Shown: positions 30,579 to 45,700 of the stretch, in pieces | How positions within the stretch are numbered: position 1 is the first letter of the stretch | Layout of the letters: every line of letters begins with the position of its first letter | IMG/VR virus record: IMGVR_UViG_3300028591_000106 | Coordinates: 1-64,000 of that record | Length of the DNA stretch: 64,000 bases | DNA from: a virus | Taxonomy: Duplodnaviria > Caudoviricetes | Strand: one strand, 5' to 3' | The notes under the pieces: generated by a model | What the model was told of the DNA's origin: nothing | The model's database searches: none | What the model saw: only the letters and a program-made list of their open reading frames with translations | Program-made: the position numbers and the translations under genes

Positions 30579-33500
30579 ATGGCAAAACAAGTAATCAAGC
30601 TTGGTCTTGAATTTGATACGAAATCTGCGATAGCTAGCTATCGTGATTTAATATCAGAAATGTCAAAGGGCGGCGCAGACCCCAAAGCAATAAAATAGTT
30701 TACTGCTGCAATTGAAAAAGCAGAAACTGAATTGGCGTAGCTCGCCGCCGAAGGTTCTACTGGTTTTACCGATAGTAAAGGAATAGAACAATATCAAAAG
30801 AAAGTTTTGAAAACAGTAACCTCTATGCAGTAGCTTGCATTACGAATGCAGGAGTTTAGTAAGAGTGGAGATAACTTTCCAACTTCTGAAGTTAAGAAAC
30901 TTGAAGCTGAAATTGAAAAGTTAAAGAAATAGATTACTGATGCATAGAAAGCTGCTAAAGAGGGACTCGTTAAATCTTTAACTAATAACGGCGGTTTTAC
31001 TAAGAAAGAAGCAGAAGCTATTGCTGAGACTGTGAAAACTTAGAATGAGCTTATTGCTAAACTTGAAGAAGAAAAAAGACTTAGAGATGAAATCAGAAAA
31101 GCCGCAGAAGAGCCTGCTAAAAAGGCAAAAGCATCAATTCAAGATAAAGCCATTGCTAAGACAACTTCAGGCAGCGAAGTTGTTATGGAAGCAGTAGGCA
31201 TGAAGGGTAAGAAGGGAGTTAAAGAGGCTCGTGAAGCGGTTGCTGCTGCTATCTAGCAAGGTATTAGAGATGGTTGGAGCGCAGAAGATGTCAAGAAAAA
31301 AGCTATTGAATCTCTCTAGGCTTCTAATCTTAGTGATACTGTTAAAAAGAATATAGTACAAGGATTAGAAGCGGGCTTTGACACTGACACTGTTAGAAAG
31401 TATTTAGATGCAGTTGATAAAAAAGTAGCCGCAAATCCAGCAGTTAAAAAATATAATGCTGCAAACGAGAGCTATGGTAAAGTTGCTAATGGCTCATTGG
31501 AAAATTATTCTTAGTTTATAACTAACTCAGAAGCTGCAGCAAAGGCTTAGCAAGAATTAGCTGATGCTCAGAGCAAAGTTAGACAGACAGCGGCAGATTC
31601 TGCGGCATCATAGAAAAAAATATCAGACGCTGCAGGGCAGGCGGCCAGTAAAGCTGAATAGGCTGCAGACGGCTTCATGTAGATGTCTGATGCATAGAAG
31701 AATGGTGTAAAATCTACCGAATAGCTTGAAGGCGGATTTAATAGACTTGCAGATAGATTAAAGTATATGTTCGGCTTTACAGCTATGTTTAATAGACTTC
31801 GTTAGATTATTCGTTCTACTTTTAATGACATCCAAGAACTTGATAAGGCTTACGCATCTATCGCATATGTCACTAATGAAACAGTTGGAGACTTGTGGTC
31901 AACATATGGTGAATATGCAGGAATGGCAGAGAAATTAGGATAGTCAACGGCCGATGTCGTTAAGGCTTCTGCAATTTATCGTCAGCAAGGTCTTGATACT
32001 GCTGAAGCTCTTGAATTGACAACGGATACCATGAAACTTGCAACTATTGCAGGTAATGATTATTCAACTGCAACTTAGGAAATGACTGCCGCACTCCGTG
32101 GTTTCAAAATGGAAATGGACGAAGGTAGCCATGTTTCTGATGTCTATTCTGAACTTGCTGCTCATGCAGCCGCATCTGTTGATGATATCGCACAAGCTAT
32201 GTCAAGAACTGCATCTATTGCTAATTCTGCAGGTATGAGCTTTGAAAATACATCTGCATTCTTAACATAGATGATTGAAACTACACAGGAATCTGCTGAG
32301 AATATCGGTACTTCTATGAAGACTATCATTGCTAGATTTACTGAATTAAAAAAGAATATAGCTGGTACTGCAGATTCTGAATTTGATGATCTCAATTTTA
32401 ATAAGGTTGACGAAGCATTAAAATCTGTTGGAGTTGCTTTAAAAGACACTACTGGACAATTTAGAAATCTTGATGATGTTTTCCTTGAACTAAGTGGTAA
32501 ATGGGCTTCTCTTGATCGTAACACGCAAAGATATATAGCAACTGTTGCTGCAGGTTCTCGTCAGCAGTCTCGTTTTATTGCTATGATGGACAACTATGAT
32601 AGAACAGTTGAACTTATTAATACGGTTGCTGATTCAGAAGGAAAAGCAGATGAATAGTTCGCAAAAGCTGCGGATACTGTTGATTTTAAATTAAATGCTA
32701 TCAGAACAAAATGGGAAGAATTTAAACTTTCTATTATGGATTCAAGTTTTGTTAAAAGTCTTTTAGATAGAGCTAATTCTTTAATGGATGGAATAAAAAA
32801 TGTTAAAATGCCTTAGCTCGCAATAGGGTTGACTATCGCTGCTCCGGTAATAAAGCGTTTTGTTTTAACATTGATTAATTCTATTAAAAATAGTGCAAAA
32901 CAATGGCAATCTTTAGGTTCTAATATAACTAATTTTATTGGAAAAGGAATTAAAAAACATCCAGTAAAATTAATGGCTCAATTAGAAATGGATAAAAATA
33001 AGTATAAAGAGCTTGAAGAAAAGAAAAAATAGCTAGAACAAAGTATTGCTTCTCATCCAATAAAAATATCTGCAAATGTAGATGAAAATTCATTAGAAAA
33101 ATTGAATGAAAGATTGACTGAATTAAAAACAAAATTCGGCGATTCTGAAATGACGGCAGAATAGTGGAGCGAAGAGCTTAAAGGTTGCGGTATTGCTACA
33201 GAAGATTTAGTTCCTATGTTAGAGAGACTAGCGCAAGGAGAAAAGCTCACTAATGAGCAAATAGCAGGATCTATTAGAAGTTTACAAGAATAGGAAAGTG
33301 CATTAAAAACTACTGATACCACAATGCAAGAAACTTCTACTAAGATATAGACGGCTTAGACAAAAATAAATGGATTAAGAAATGGTGTTGCAACTGTCGG
33401 TGCAGCTTTTACAGTTTTTGCTACATCATTATTTAGTGGTGTCGGAGCAGTAGAGAGTTTTTCTGCAGCAAACTCAATGTTAATAGCATCTTTAGCAAGC

Positions 33501-36500
33501 TTAGCTTTTCAAGCAATTCCGCAAGTAGTTGCAGCAGTTAAGATTGGAGGAGCTGAAACAAAAGCTGCTTTAGCATCTACTGGCATTGGAGCTGCGATTG
33601 TTGCAGCAGGTCTATTAATAGGAGTAATTGGTAAGGCTATTGCAAAAGCTAAACAACATTAGAAAGAGATGACAACAGAATATAAACTTTAGCAATAGTT
33701 AAATAAAATTTCAAATTTACAATAGTCAACCAGTTAGGCAAAAAGTGATTTATAGAATGCTAAAGACGAATTAAAGACAACAGAAGAGAAGTTAGATAGA
33801 TTCAAAGAATTGTCTGAAATGCAGGTAAAAACAACTGAAGAGCAAGAAGAATACAATAATTTAGTTGCAGAAATCAGATCTGAATACCCTTCAATTGTTT
33901 AGTATTATAACAGTATTACTGGAGAACTAACTATTCAAGAAACAAAAACTAAAAATATATTAGATATGTAGAGATAGCTTGTAGTTGAACAACAAAAAAG
34001 CTATGCTATGGCGTAGAATAATTTATATGATGCTAATATAAGAAAAGCACAATTAGAATCTATGCAAAAATTAGAAAAGTATGGAGAACTTTCATCATTA
34101 ACAACAACTAAAAAGAAAGATAAGTATGCAAGCTATAGGGGAGATGTTAGTGATGCTAGAAACACTCCTTCCAACTTTATAAAAGAATCTATTTTCTCTG
34201 GCGGAATTGCAAATGCAAAAAATGCAGGTTTAAGTTCTGAAAAAGCAATTGAATATAATTTAAATAGATATGGTATAGATAAAAATACATTTTTGAAATA
34301 GGCTGGATATAATACCACTTTGACAGATGAATAGTGGGATGATTTGGCTTCTAGTTTAATAAACAATTCGAATGAAATTTATAAAACTATTGAGGAAACA
34401 ACCAAAAAATCTATTAAGGCTATTGAAGATGAACGAGATAGTGCTATTTAGTATTATAAAGATATGAAAGCCGCCTCTATTAAATAGACATTATTAACTG
34501 AATTTGAGAATCTTGGAGAAGCAAGTGCAGATGCAATTTCAAAAGGAGCTTTAGATAATGTTTATTAGGTAATGGCGAAAGAAGCGACTTCTGACTATAT
34601 TGGACAGATGTCTACAGGATTTGTTAATGATCGTTATAATTATATAGAAGGAGGCCAAAACATAGGCAATCTCTTTGGACCTTTAGGTAGTATCATAGGT
34701 ACAGGAGTTGGCGCCTGGATTGGTTTAGCTAAGGAAGATAATCTTGCTGCTTGGGAAGACCTCGATAGTGATATTTAGAATATTTGGAAAGAAGTAGGAA
34801 AACAAAATGGTCATGAAGATGTTGTTGCTTGGTATGAAGAAATTAGATATGATGATGAAGATTATCAAAAATATCTTGAAGACTTTGCAAGTGTTGCAGA
34901 GACCTATTTTTCAGAAAAAATTGCAGAAGATATAGCAACAGCATTAGAAAGTAATCCAAAATTGGCTTAGACATTTGAAGATTTTAGTTCTAAACTTGCA
35001 ACAGGCGATTTAAATGAACAATAGCGCCATGATTAGTTTATAGCTACTCAAAATGCAATTAAAGAAGCTGGATTAGATCCTGAAACTGAACAGTCCCTTC
35101 TTAGATCTTTATATAATGAAAATAATTAGTATAAAAATAAGTTAGAGTAGCAAAAAAACTCTGTAAGAGGGCTATTTGGTAATGATGATGATGCTAATAA
35201 CTATCTTGAAAATTTAAGCGGAAAAGAATTAACTCAAATAAGTGATGCTGTCAATAAAATTATTGAATCTGCGGGAGAAGAGGCTGGACAGAAATATCTT
35301 AATAAATTATCTGACATGATGAAAGATTAGGGCCCAGAAATGACAGCTTAGTTAGCATTAATGCTTGATTTTTCTGAAGCAAATGATTATAATTGGGAAG
35401 ATTTTAAAGAAAAAGGTATTCAATCTATTATAGACACAGCAAAGGTAAGTAAGGACGAAGCTACTTCTATGTTTAATGAATTAGCTGATGCAGCATCTAA
35501 AGCTGGAATTTTAAATAAGCTTATGAGTATCGGAGATGTTAATTCTTTACAGGAGCAAATAGCCGGTAGAGAAGAAGCATTAATGAAGCATAAAGATATC
35601 GTAGAAAAAATCATGGGAACAGATAAGCCATTAAAATTAACATAGCAGGAAATTAAAAAATTATAGAAAGCCGTTTCAGACTTAGGAGACCAAGGCGTTA
35701 AATTAGATTTATCTAAATATTTAAAGGGAGATACTTTAAATGCTTAGGCTTTTAATGATGCTTTAACGACAGGCTTATTATTCTCAATACAAGACATTGA
35801 AACTGCCATTAAAAATCTAAAAGCTGCTGGTGGAGAAGATAATCTAGCTGTTGCCGAATAGCTAGGAGAAGTCTTGAATTTAGCTAAAGCTTTTAACATT
35901 AATGCAAAAGAAACATTCGAAAATTGGGATGATTTAGATAGAGTTATTAATGATGCTGCAAATAGTTTAGATAAAGTTGATAAAGTTATGAATCAATTTA
36001 TTTCTGATGGTTATGTTAATGCAGAGAGCATAGAAATCATAAGTGGGCTGCTTGAAGATCAAAATGATCTATATAAGTATGTTGATAACAATCTTGCTCT
36101 TAATGTTGAAGGACTTAAAGAATTAATTCATACCGAGATAGAAGATATTAAAGTTAAATATGCTCATGGAGAAGCTACAGCATATTAGCTACTTAAATTA
36201 GCAGCTCTTGAAAAATAGCTTTCTAATACAGAAAAAGAATGGAATACTTAGTCAAAAGATTTAGAAGATAAACATAAGAAAGCTATGGAAGATTATGCTA
36301 AGGCATAGGAAGATGTAACAGAAAAACAAAAGGCTCTTAATGAAGCTATTGCAGAATACAATAAACTTCTTTATGGTTCAGAAAATCGTCAATCTGGACT
36401 TGATCTTCTTTATAACTATAAAGAAGCAATATCTGCATTTTCTGATGAAATGGCTCGTGCATAGGAGCTTATTGAAGATTCTAAATCAGTAGATGATTCT

Positions 36501-38504
36501 GTTGCCGCGTTATCTCGTTATACTAATGCTGCTCATCAGAGACTCGCATATATGAATGCTTAGAATGAGCGCTATGATGCAGGACTTGCTGCTCGTAGGA
36601 ATCAGCTGCTTAGTGGAGCTACTTCTTATACTAATGAACTAACTGGAAATACAACAACAATTAACTTTGGTGATTATGTAAAATACAATGCAGATACCGG
36701 TTTGATTGCACTTGATTAGAAACTTATTCAAGATGCAAAAATTGCAGACGAATGGAAAGACTATATTGAAAAACAGGTTGATGATTATAATAAGCTTAGT
36801 ATGGAAAGCTTAAAGAATCAAGATGAAATTAGAAAACTCGAAAAAGAAATTTAGAAGCGTAGAGAAGATGCTATTAAGAAATATGCAGATTTTGAGAAAG
36901 ACATTGCAGAAACACTTAAAGAGGCTTATCAGAAACAAGTTGATGATTTAAAGGATAGATACGACTCTATGAAGGAAGCCGATGATGACTATCTTGATGC
37001 TCTTTAGGAAGCTATTGAAAAATAGAGAAAACTTAGAGAGCGTGAAAACAAATGGGAAGATTTAGCATAGAAGTAGAAAAAATTATCCCTTATGTAGAGA
37101 GACACCTCTGGAGCCAATGCTCTTGAAAATCAAAGACTTCAGAAAGAAATTGAAAAAGACCAAGAAGCTATGCTTGATGAGTCTATTGATTCAGCTATTG
37201 AAAATATGCAAAAACTTGCTGAAAAGTAGGATGAACTTAGATAGACAGAAGTTGAACTTAAGGAAGCTCTTCTTGATAATACCATGTATTGGAATCAACA
37301 AGCTGAAGGAGTTGCTCAAGGTTTCGAAACGGCTAAAGATTATGTTGAATGGTTTAAAAATACAGCAGTAGGATTAAATGAACAAACAGCGGCATAGTTT
37401 GAAAATACTATGAATGAAGCTCGAAATAAATTTGGGGAAGCTTCTGAAGAAATTGCTTGGCGTATCCAAGATGATATGACTTAGACGGGAGATGCAGTTG
37501 CTGAAACTATTGATGTTACAGCTGATGAAATTAAGAATATCGTCGCTACTACATCTGATACTTTTGTAGATGAGGTTAGCAACACTTTTGAGAGAACGAA
37601 ACGATCATTTAATGAAAATATGGATTCAGCAATCGAAAAAGTTCATAGTGCTCAAACTGCTTTACAAGAAGCTATTAATAAACTTAATGAAGCATCTGCT
37701 GCAGCAAAAGCAGCTTCTGAAGAAATTGCAAGACTTGAATATTAGATGTAGCATTAGCCACAAACTTCTTCTACATCTACGACAGATGCTGAAAATTATG
37801 GTATGACTGGTACATATGAAGCTCAAAAAGGTATTGCTGCCAATTTGGCTAATAATCTAACAAAATCTACAATAGACCAGTATATGTAGACATATGATTA
37901 GAGCATTATGAGTGGCGCAGTTTCAACTGCATTACATGATAATAAAAATATGTCATGGGATAATGCAAATAGAGCTGCTGATTATGCGACTGGTAGTGGA
38001 GGATATTCTTATTATACAGAACCTTGGGATAATAATACAGTATAGACTTTAAAAGATATTGGATTATGGGTAGCATCTTTAGGAAATTCATTACTTTTTG
38101 GTGATAAAGATTATTCTTCTTAGGCTTATTCAGCATATATGACATCAACTTATGGATAGGGTAAAGATAAAATTAAGCAATATTTAACTGGCGGACTTGT
38201 AAATTATACGGGTCCAGCTTGGGTTGATGGAACTTCTGATCGTCCTGAAGCATTCTTGTCTTCTGAAGATACAGAGCGTATTGGTAATGCAGCTAAACTT
38301 CTTTCTGATATTCCTGCTCTTACTCGTTCTAATATTTCAACTTCTAACTAGACTTATGGTGATACAAATATTGAAATTAACCTCAATATTGATCATATTT
38401 CTTCCGATGTCGATGTCGATGAAATGCTCGAAAGAGTTAAGCAAGAAATTGTTGATGTAGCTCGTCCTATTGGCACGAATGTTATTTTACAACAACAGGT
38501 TTAA
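30579..38504 (+). CDS. Tape measure protein (2641 aa, code 15)
   Basis: TP901-type TMP core (AMSRTASIANSAGMSFE, ENIGTSMKTIIARF, AAGSRQQSRF), hydrophobic segments, coiled coils, C-terminal GGLVNYTGPAWVDG; the matching track fragments share one frame. Confidence 0.9.
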
Positions 38505-38559
38505 TTATTAGCCGCCATAGGCAAGACTTATGGCGGCATAATATAAATGAGGTGATATA

Positions 38560-39294
38560 ATGGCATTTATTCCTAGATTCACAAAACCAGAAGCCGGCAA
38601 TAAATATTATATTACTAAAGCCAAGGGCGGCTGGTCTACAGCAATTGTTGGTAATCCAACAGATCCTGATTGTAATGTTCTTCATAATTGCGTTGGATAC
38701 GCTTTTGGAAGATTTAATGAAATCATTGGCGATACAAAGATGACACATTTACAGCCAATTAACGCAGAAAACTTTTATGCCGTCGCTTAGTCACAAGGTC
38801 TTAAAACTGGACAAGAGCCTTAGCTTGGCGCTGTTATGGTTTGGCAAAAAGGACCAACCCTAAGCTATACAGATGGAGCAGGTCATGTCGCGGTAGTAGA
38901 ACAGATTAACGATGATGGCTCTATAATTACATCAGAGTCTGGATATGGCTGCGCATCAGCTTTCTGGACTTAGACTCGTAAAAAGGGTAACGGTAACTGG
39001 GGCGCAAATAGTAGTTATAAGTTTTTAGGTTTTATCTATTTGCCTGATGGTTCAGAAGTTAAGCCTACTCCACAACCAGTAATCCCTTCTCGTGTAATCA
39101 AAAAGGGAATGCATGGTGAAGATGTTAAACAAATGCAGACCAAGTTAGCAGCTAATGGATATCTTAGACAGACTGAAATTGACGGCGACTTTGGTAAGAT
39201 TACTCTTGGAGCGCTTCTTGCTTTCTAGCTTGAAAATGGACTTGAAGTTGATGGTCATTGCGGACCTGCAACAAAGAAAGCCTTGGGTATTTAA
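38560..39294 (+). CDS. CHAP-domain peptidoglycan hydrolase plus PG-binding domain (244 aa, code 15)
   Basis: NCVGYAFGRF (catalytic Cys), GHVAVVE (His), SESGY; C-terminal domain paralogous to that of the GH25 lysin. Confidence 0.85.
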
Positions 39295-39301
39295 TTAAAA
39301 T

Positions 39302-39330
39302 GGGAGGTCTTTTATAGACCTCCCTTTTTT
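39302..39330 (+). terminator. Intrinsic terminator
   Basis: GGGAGGTCT / AGACCTCCC followed by a T-tract. Confidence 0.9.
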
Positions 39331-39372
39331 AGATTAAAGTCATAGCATTATTACATTATTTTAGATGAAGTC

Positions 39373-39401
39373 TTGACTTCGTTTCTGGATTATGGTATAA
39401 T
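39373..39401 (+). promoter_or_regulatory. sigmaA promoter upstream of the baseplate genes
   Basis: TTGACT-17-TATAAT with TG. Confidence 0.8.
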
Positions 39402-39420
39402 AAAGAAAAAATGGGGTGAT

Positions 39421-42400
39421 ATGATGCAGCCAATAGATTTTCGAGGTTTTCGTTTTGGCAATGTGCATTCTAGTGATTTACAGCTAGAAGTTGTAAGTAC
39501 ATCCAATAGATATGAAGCTCGAACACTTCCTGCCCCTACTGATACGGTACAGGATGTGCCGGGCAGCGACGGACAGTATTATTTTGGTTCTGTCTTTAAG
39601 AATCGAGAAATTACTGTTAATGTGGCTTTTGATAATGTATCTGAATAGATTTATAGAAAAATCAGATAGCTGTTTGCAACAGATAAGCTACAAGATTTAG
39701 TTTTCGATGAAGAACCCTATAAGACTTGGAAAGCTAAATTGAAAGCAAAACCTGAATTTAAATCTTTGTGCTTTAAAGACGATGACGGGAATAGAATTTA
39801 TAAAGGCGACGGCAAATTATAGTTTATCTGTTATTTCCCTTATGCTTTTGGTTTTGATAAATATATTGTTAAAGCCGCAGATTACTATATGCTAAATACG
39901 CCAGAATAGATTCTTTGTGAGTTGTCCAATGATGAAGATAATTTTTATTTCGCTTCTCGCAGCTTGCCAGCTCCAGCATGGATTCCACAGGATTTGCGTT
40001 ACCATTATAATGTCAATCCTAAAGATGGGATGTATCAAGATATACAGGGCATAAGAGGTCCTTATATTGAAAGACCTAAAGACTATCAAAATAAAGGTGA
40101 TAGATATTGGGATCCAAATGATGGACTTTCTTGGAAGACTGGCTTCCCTACTATTGAGTAGGTATAGAACGGAGAGCTTTATTTTGATTTAAATGGAGAT
40201 ACTAAAACTTTAATTACAACTAGAGGATATTGGGATAATATTCCAGATTGGCAATCTACAGCAAAGTTATTGACAACACCAACATTGGATTACGAATAGG
40301 GGCTTATGTATATGCCGCAATACTCTAAGACAAACTATGTTAATATGGAGGTCGGCTTTGACAGTAGCCGTCCATTGATTGGTACAAGATTACTAGTATA
40401 TAATCCTGGCGACCTTCCAATTGATTGGTAGTTAAAAATCAATGAAAATAAACGAAGTTTCTGGTCTGGTCGCGGCAGCGAGAAATTCCGTATCAGAAGA
40501 TTTAATGTCGAAAGACTTTCTATTCCTGAAGCTGTTGATTGGTGTATGATGACTCCATATTATCAGAGAGATAAAGATGTCTTTAAATATGGTAATAAAT
40601 ATTTTAGAAGAAAGAAGTTTGATGTTGGAAAAATAATTGATGAAATTTACAAGGCAGAACAGAATGGCAGCCCTCTTGAGTTTACTGATGGTAATGGAAA
40701 TCTATTATCAACAGATGATTTAGTTTATATGATTCAACATGGATGCTTCCCTGCAGACAAAACTTGGGGGATCGAAGTTACTATCAACTTTAAATGTAGG
40801 AATAAAAATACTGGTAAAGAATTTCCAGTAGTGTACCAAAGTTTAATGGCAGAACTTCCAATAGATCTTATTAACAAAATTAAAAGTTATAGATTATATG
40901 AAAATGTTCAATGGAATGAAAATGAGTTATCTCCTACAGATTTAGAAGCCTGCTAGGTAAAAGATTTCACCAGATCTGAAGGAATAAAAGTTGCATATTA
41001 TTTAGGTTTTCCTCCTGATGAAGAGTGGGCTTAGTAGCACTATTATAATGAAAAAACTCATTATTATATTCAAGATCCTTATGAAGTAGTGTCTTTATTT
41101 ATTGGACTATTGCCAGATAGCAATCGTATGGATTATGACTATGATTATGAAAAATTTGATAGTGATCCAATTACTATAAAAGATGATGAGGCTCTTCGCA
41201 AGGCTAGCGAGTCAGGAGCAGTTACAGAATATCGTCCAAAGTCTCCAAGAGTTGCTTATAATCTTCATTTAGATAATCCTCGTTCTGGCGGACGCTTATT
41301 TAACAATAACAATCAAAATGACATCTTCGTTTATGAAGAGCTAGGAGACGCTCATCCCAAATATTGCTATTATGCAGAGCCAATTCCAAGACAGAAATTA
41401 GGAGAATATATCCGACTGTTCTATTGGCAAACAAAGCAATTATCTGAAGGAGAAATTGTTTATAATGATGTAAAGCTCAGAGAATTTGCAGACTGGGTTA
41501 ATAAAAACTTCTATATGTCTAATAAGATTAACTATGAAAAAGGAATTAAGCTAGCAGATAGATATGAAGAAGTCTTTAAATAGTGCATTGATGAAAAAGA
41601 AGAATTTGAACTATATTGGGATACATTAAAACAGTTATTCCAAGACTTTATCCCTATTTCAGAGGATGCTAGCTGGCAAGAATTATTCTATGACTATGTT
41701 AATGCACCGCTAGAATATGTTCCCACAGATTCAAGAGACTTGGACTATGGACAGGAAATATTTAATGCTTTTAAATATCCAGCTTGGATGACACCAGACT
41801 ATTTAGAGATAGATTCAAGTAAATTAGGCGCAATTCCTCTTATAACAGAATATATGAAAGCTATTAACTTAGATGAAAAGAGTTTGTTTACCGGTAAGAA
41901 GGTTTATTATGATAGCTCTTTACTTTCTGCCGCAAAATATTAGTAGTTAAGACTGAAACTTAATAAACTGCTTAATGACGGAGATTGTATCAACGACTTG
42001 ATTGATGATTGTTATTACATCAATAGTGATACAAGAATGCTTTATGCACTTGAAGAACCAAAAGGTTCTGAATTCAATTATAAGCCAAATAAAGTAGTAA
42101 TGAATGAAGCTATTACTAAAGGAAAATGGTTTAAACTCCCTCCTGGATGGTCACTTATTACTATTGAGCCTGTTATGGATGAAGACTTATATGGCGGAAA
42201 GCGTTGGGTTGATGCTCGTCCATTTGATTGGGGCTATGGCGGCGATATGAATAACAATGCAAAAGAAGTAGAACAGCTATTTGAATTGATCTATGATTTT
42301 GCAGATACAACATTTAGGACATTAAAATATCAAGAAATGAATGTTGCAATTCCAGAAGAAGATAGAGAAACCTACTGGGAGACTCCTTTTAACAAATGGT

Positions 42401-42774
42401 ATGAAAATAAAATTGATGGTAATGAAAATCAATTTATGGTTGAATATTATTATCATAAGCGTTCTCGTGCCGAATAGGAATTCTTATCTATTATTGATGA
42501 CTACTGGAACATGGTTGCTCCTTATTATACTTGGACTTCACGAAAAGGAGTATATCAGTAGGCAGATAAAGAGACGGCGGCAAAAGATGGCGTACTTTAT
42601 CTTGATCAGAAATTTGATGTAAACGGAGTTCCAATTCATAGTATTACAAATCATATTTCTGATTGGTGGTGGTATGCTTGTAACTATTTGTGGGGTAATT
42701 TCCCTCCTATTTACTGGACTGCCGCTGATATGTTAAACAATATGAAAATTGAGTATACACCATTATTCTATTAA
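39421..42774 (+). CDS. Distal tail protein (Dit) with large insertions (1117 aa, code 15)
   Basis: GFRFGNVHSSDL, DVPGSDGQYYFG, LVFDEEPYK, YNPGDLP, WFKLPPG and IEYTPLFY motifs; follows the TMP. Confidence 0.75.
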
Positions 42775-42786
42775 CGGGGTGATTAA

Positions 42787-45700
42787 ATGGGTATGATAAA
42801 ATATCCTTATGAACTATCCGTATGGAAAGAAGAACTAAATGGTACAAACAAAAAGATTGAGTCAAAGGGCGTCATTATTGGCGCCCATGACATGAATTAT
42901 CTTGGTAAGGCTACAAGTATCACTTTAACAAGAAAACTTAATGGTACTAATGTATTAGTCTTTTCAATGCCAGATAGATACTTCGATTCATTAACTGGTG
43001 AATTTGTTCGTAATGAGTTAATTGATGTTCTATCACCAGAAAGTAAAATTAAATTTCATTATAAAGATAGATGGTATGAGTTCTTTATTAAAAAAGTAGA
43101 CGAGAAGAAAATTTTTAAAAGCTATATAAAAACATTCACTTGTACTGACGCTTTTATTGATGAACTTTCTCGCAATGGTTATGGTATTACTTTTGATACT
43201 GAATTAAATAACAATGTTGAAGAGCTTGGTACTTTTACAGAAGAAGTCCTTGAAGATAGCATTTGGGCTTATGCTCCACAATATAACTGGGGAGATTTTA
43301 CCGAGTTTAAAGAAGAAAAGTTATTTAAAATACCTGTCAGTTAGTTCAAAAATTTAATTGGATATAAGCTAAGTTTCGGACTATCTAATAAACAATTAGA
43401 GTCTTTTGATGATTAGGAGATTACAAATGTCTCTACTGGTGATAAGCGTCCTATTGTATTGAGCGATGACATCGCTAGAAAGTGTTTTTGGGATTAGAGA
43501 GATGACTCACGCGGAACGCCAGATAATCAATTAAAACAAAAATTGGTTACAGATATTCCTAATGATGGATATATCTATGTACCTTATTCTTGTTTGAACT
43601 TCTGCTATGGAGCAGATGAGCCTAGTAATGAAAAAATTAAATATGATAGGGCGGCAACAGAAGTAGCTCTTAACTACCCTGGCACAGAAAAGCTCGCAAT
43701 CGCTCCGCCAAGCGTAGATCCTAGAACTTTAATTTAGTTCTATGCTATTCCGACAGATATGCCAATAGAGATTGACGATGCAGGAGTCATATTGAATACA
43801 GACTTTTGTTACTTTATGACTTTGAAATAGTGGAATGAGAATGTAGCAAACGATAATTGGTATTTCTTTGAAGATACTAGATTAGTTAGTGCAGAGGTCC
43901 TTGGATCTGTAGATTTGGAAGATGCTACTATTAGTCACACCTATCGTTATATTAAAAATGATACCGATGTTTTAGGTACTGCTAAAGAGGCTCTAGGAAA
44001 TAAATGTTTAACATATGATGGATATTTAAGCGACATCAATGATACAAATATAATTAAGGGAAAGAAATTTTCAATTACTAATAGAACAGAAGTTAATATC
44101 TCTGAAGACATTGATCAATATGTTACAGTATATAATAATCATGCCAATGAATTTGCAGGAGAATATACCAGTGACACTTGGGAGTATTCTACCTCTGATC
44201 CTGTTCCTTATAGAGTTTGTTCAAAACTTGAAACTAGATAGATAATCCCTCAGCTTGCTAGAAACCTTATTTAGAACGGCATTAAGATGGATTCAGAAGA
44301 TGGATGGGCGCCGATGTCATATATTTCTTTAGAAGACCGTCTTGTTTAGAATCCTTCTTTCCATCTTAGAACTATTAAGTATGATAGTGAAGAGAATAAT
44401 GACGATATTATTGATGATACAGCTTTATTATATGCATCTTCAAGAAGCGCAGTTGGATATCAATATAGATATGTTCCAAAGAAAATTGATAACACAGACA
44501 AATACTATACCGAAGAAAATTTGGTTATAAAATTTAGTCGAGAAGAAACAGTCTCTTATCCTTTTGCCGATGATATTAACTATGTATTCAATCAAATCTT
44601 TTCTGGAAATCCATTAATAAAAATGGGAAAGAAATATTATTTGTATGGTTATTAGAATCAAGAAGATAAAGAGAATAACCTTCTAAAATATATATTCATC
44701 TGTGAACACGCCACAAATAATCCTATTTATAAGGCACTTAATGAATTAGGTAGTATAATCAAGAATAATTCAGAAGCTGAAACTGTTTGGTATGAATATC
44801 CTCAGAAGATATCTTCAGACAGCGGAGAAATTGAAGGAATCTCATATATAATCCAAGATAGAGATTGGTATTACAAAGAAGGACAGTTAAAATATACTCC
44901 GAAAGATATGCCTCAGCAAAGTTCAGAAGATTTATCTAGTGCCTGCTCAATCGTAAATTTTGGTATTGTTGGTCAATAGAAAACAATTGAGAAGAACAAA
45001 ATTTACTGTGTAGGAATAGCAGCATTTTCTGAAATAAATCAGGATGGAGCTAAAGAAGGAGCGTTTGAGATATATATCGGTGAAGGGAGTCTTGTTCAAG
45101 ACGGCATCTACAAGATTGATGAAAAGAACTCTATAAAGTTAGATTCTACTTGTTTTTATCCTGTCGGTGAAGTATATAATAACTAGCCAAACTGGGATAA
45201 TTTAGACATTTTAACTGATGATATCTCTATTGGAAAAATGCCACCATAGCGTTTTATCTTCTTGAAATCAAATATGACTATTTAGAACCCATACTTTGTT
45301 ATTAAAACAAAGAAAAAGATGTTGATTTTTGAGCTTTATCTTTTTGAATGTTATACGAAAGGTAGAGACAGTTTTGCAGACGATAGTTTAAAATATCGTT
45401 ACAGTGGAAGAGATTTGTTCTGGCCTGTGACTAGCGAAGTAGAAACTGATGAACCTAGATTTAAATACTCTCCTTTTATGAGTAAAGAAGAAGCATCCCA
45501 TTATGTTATTTTTGAAGATGACATTATGCTAGGATCAACCTATACTTATTAGCATTATTTTATCCAGAGATTAAAAGCTATAAAGATCATAGATACGAAT
45601 GGTAAAAAATAGGAATAGATTAGTTATTATGATACTTGCGGAAAGAAGAGCTTTATTGATACTAAAGACTTCGTAGCTGGTGAACTTCCTTTAGATGAGT

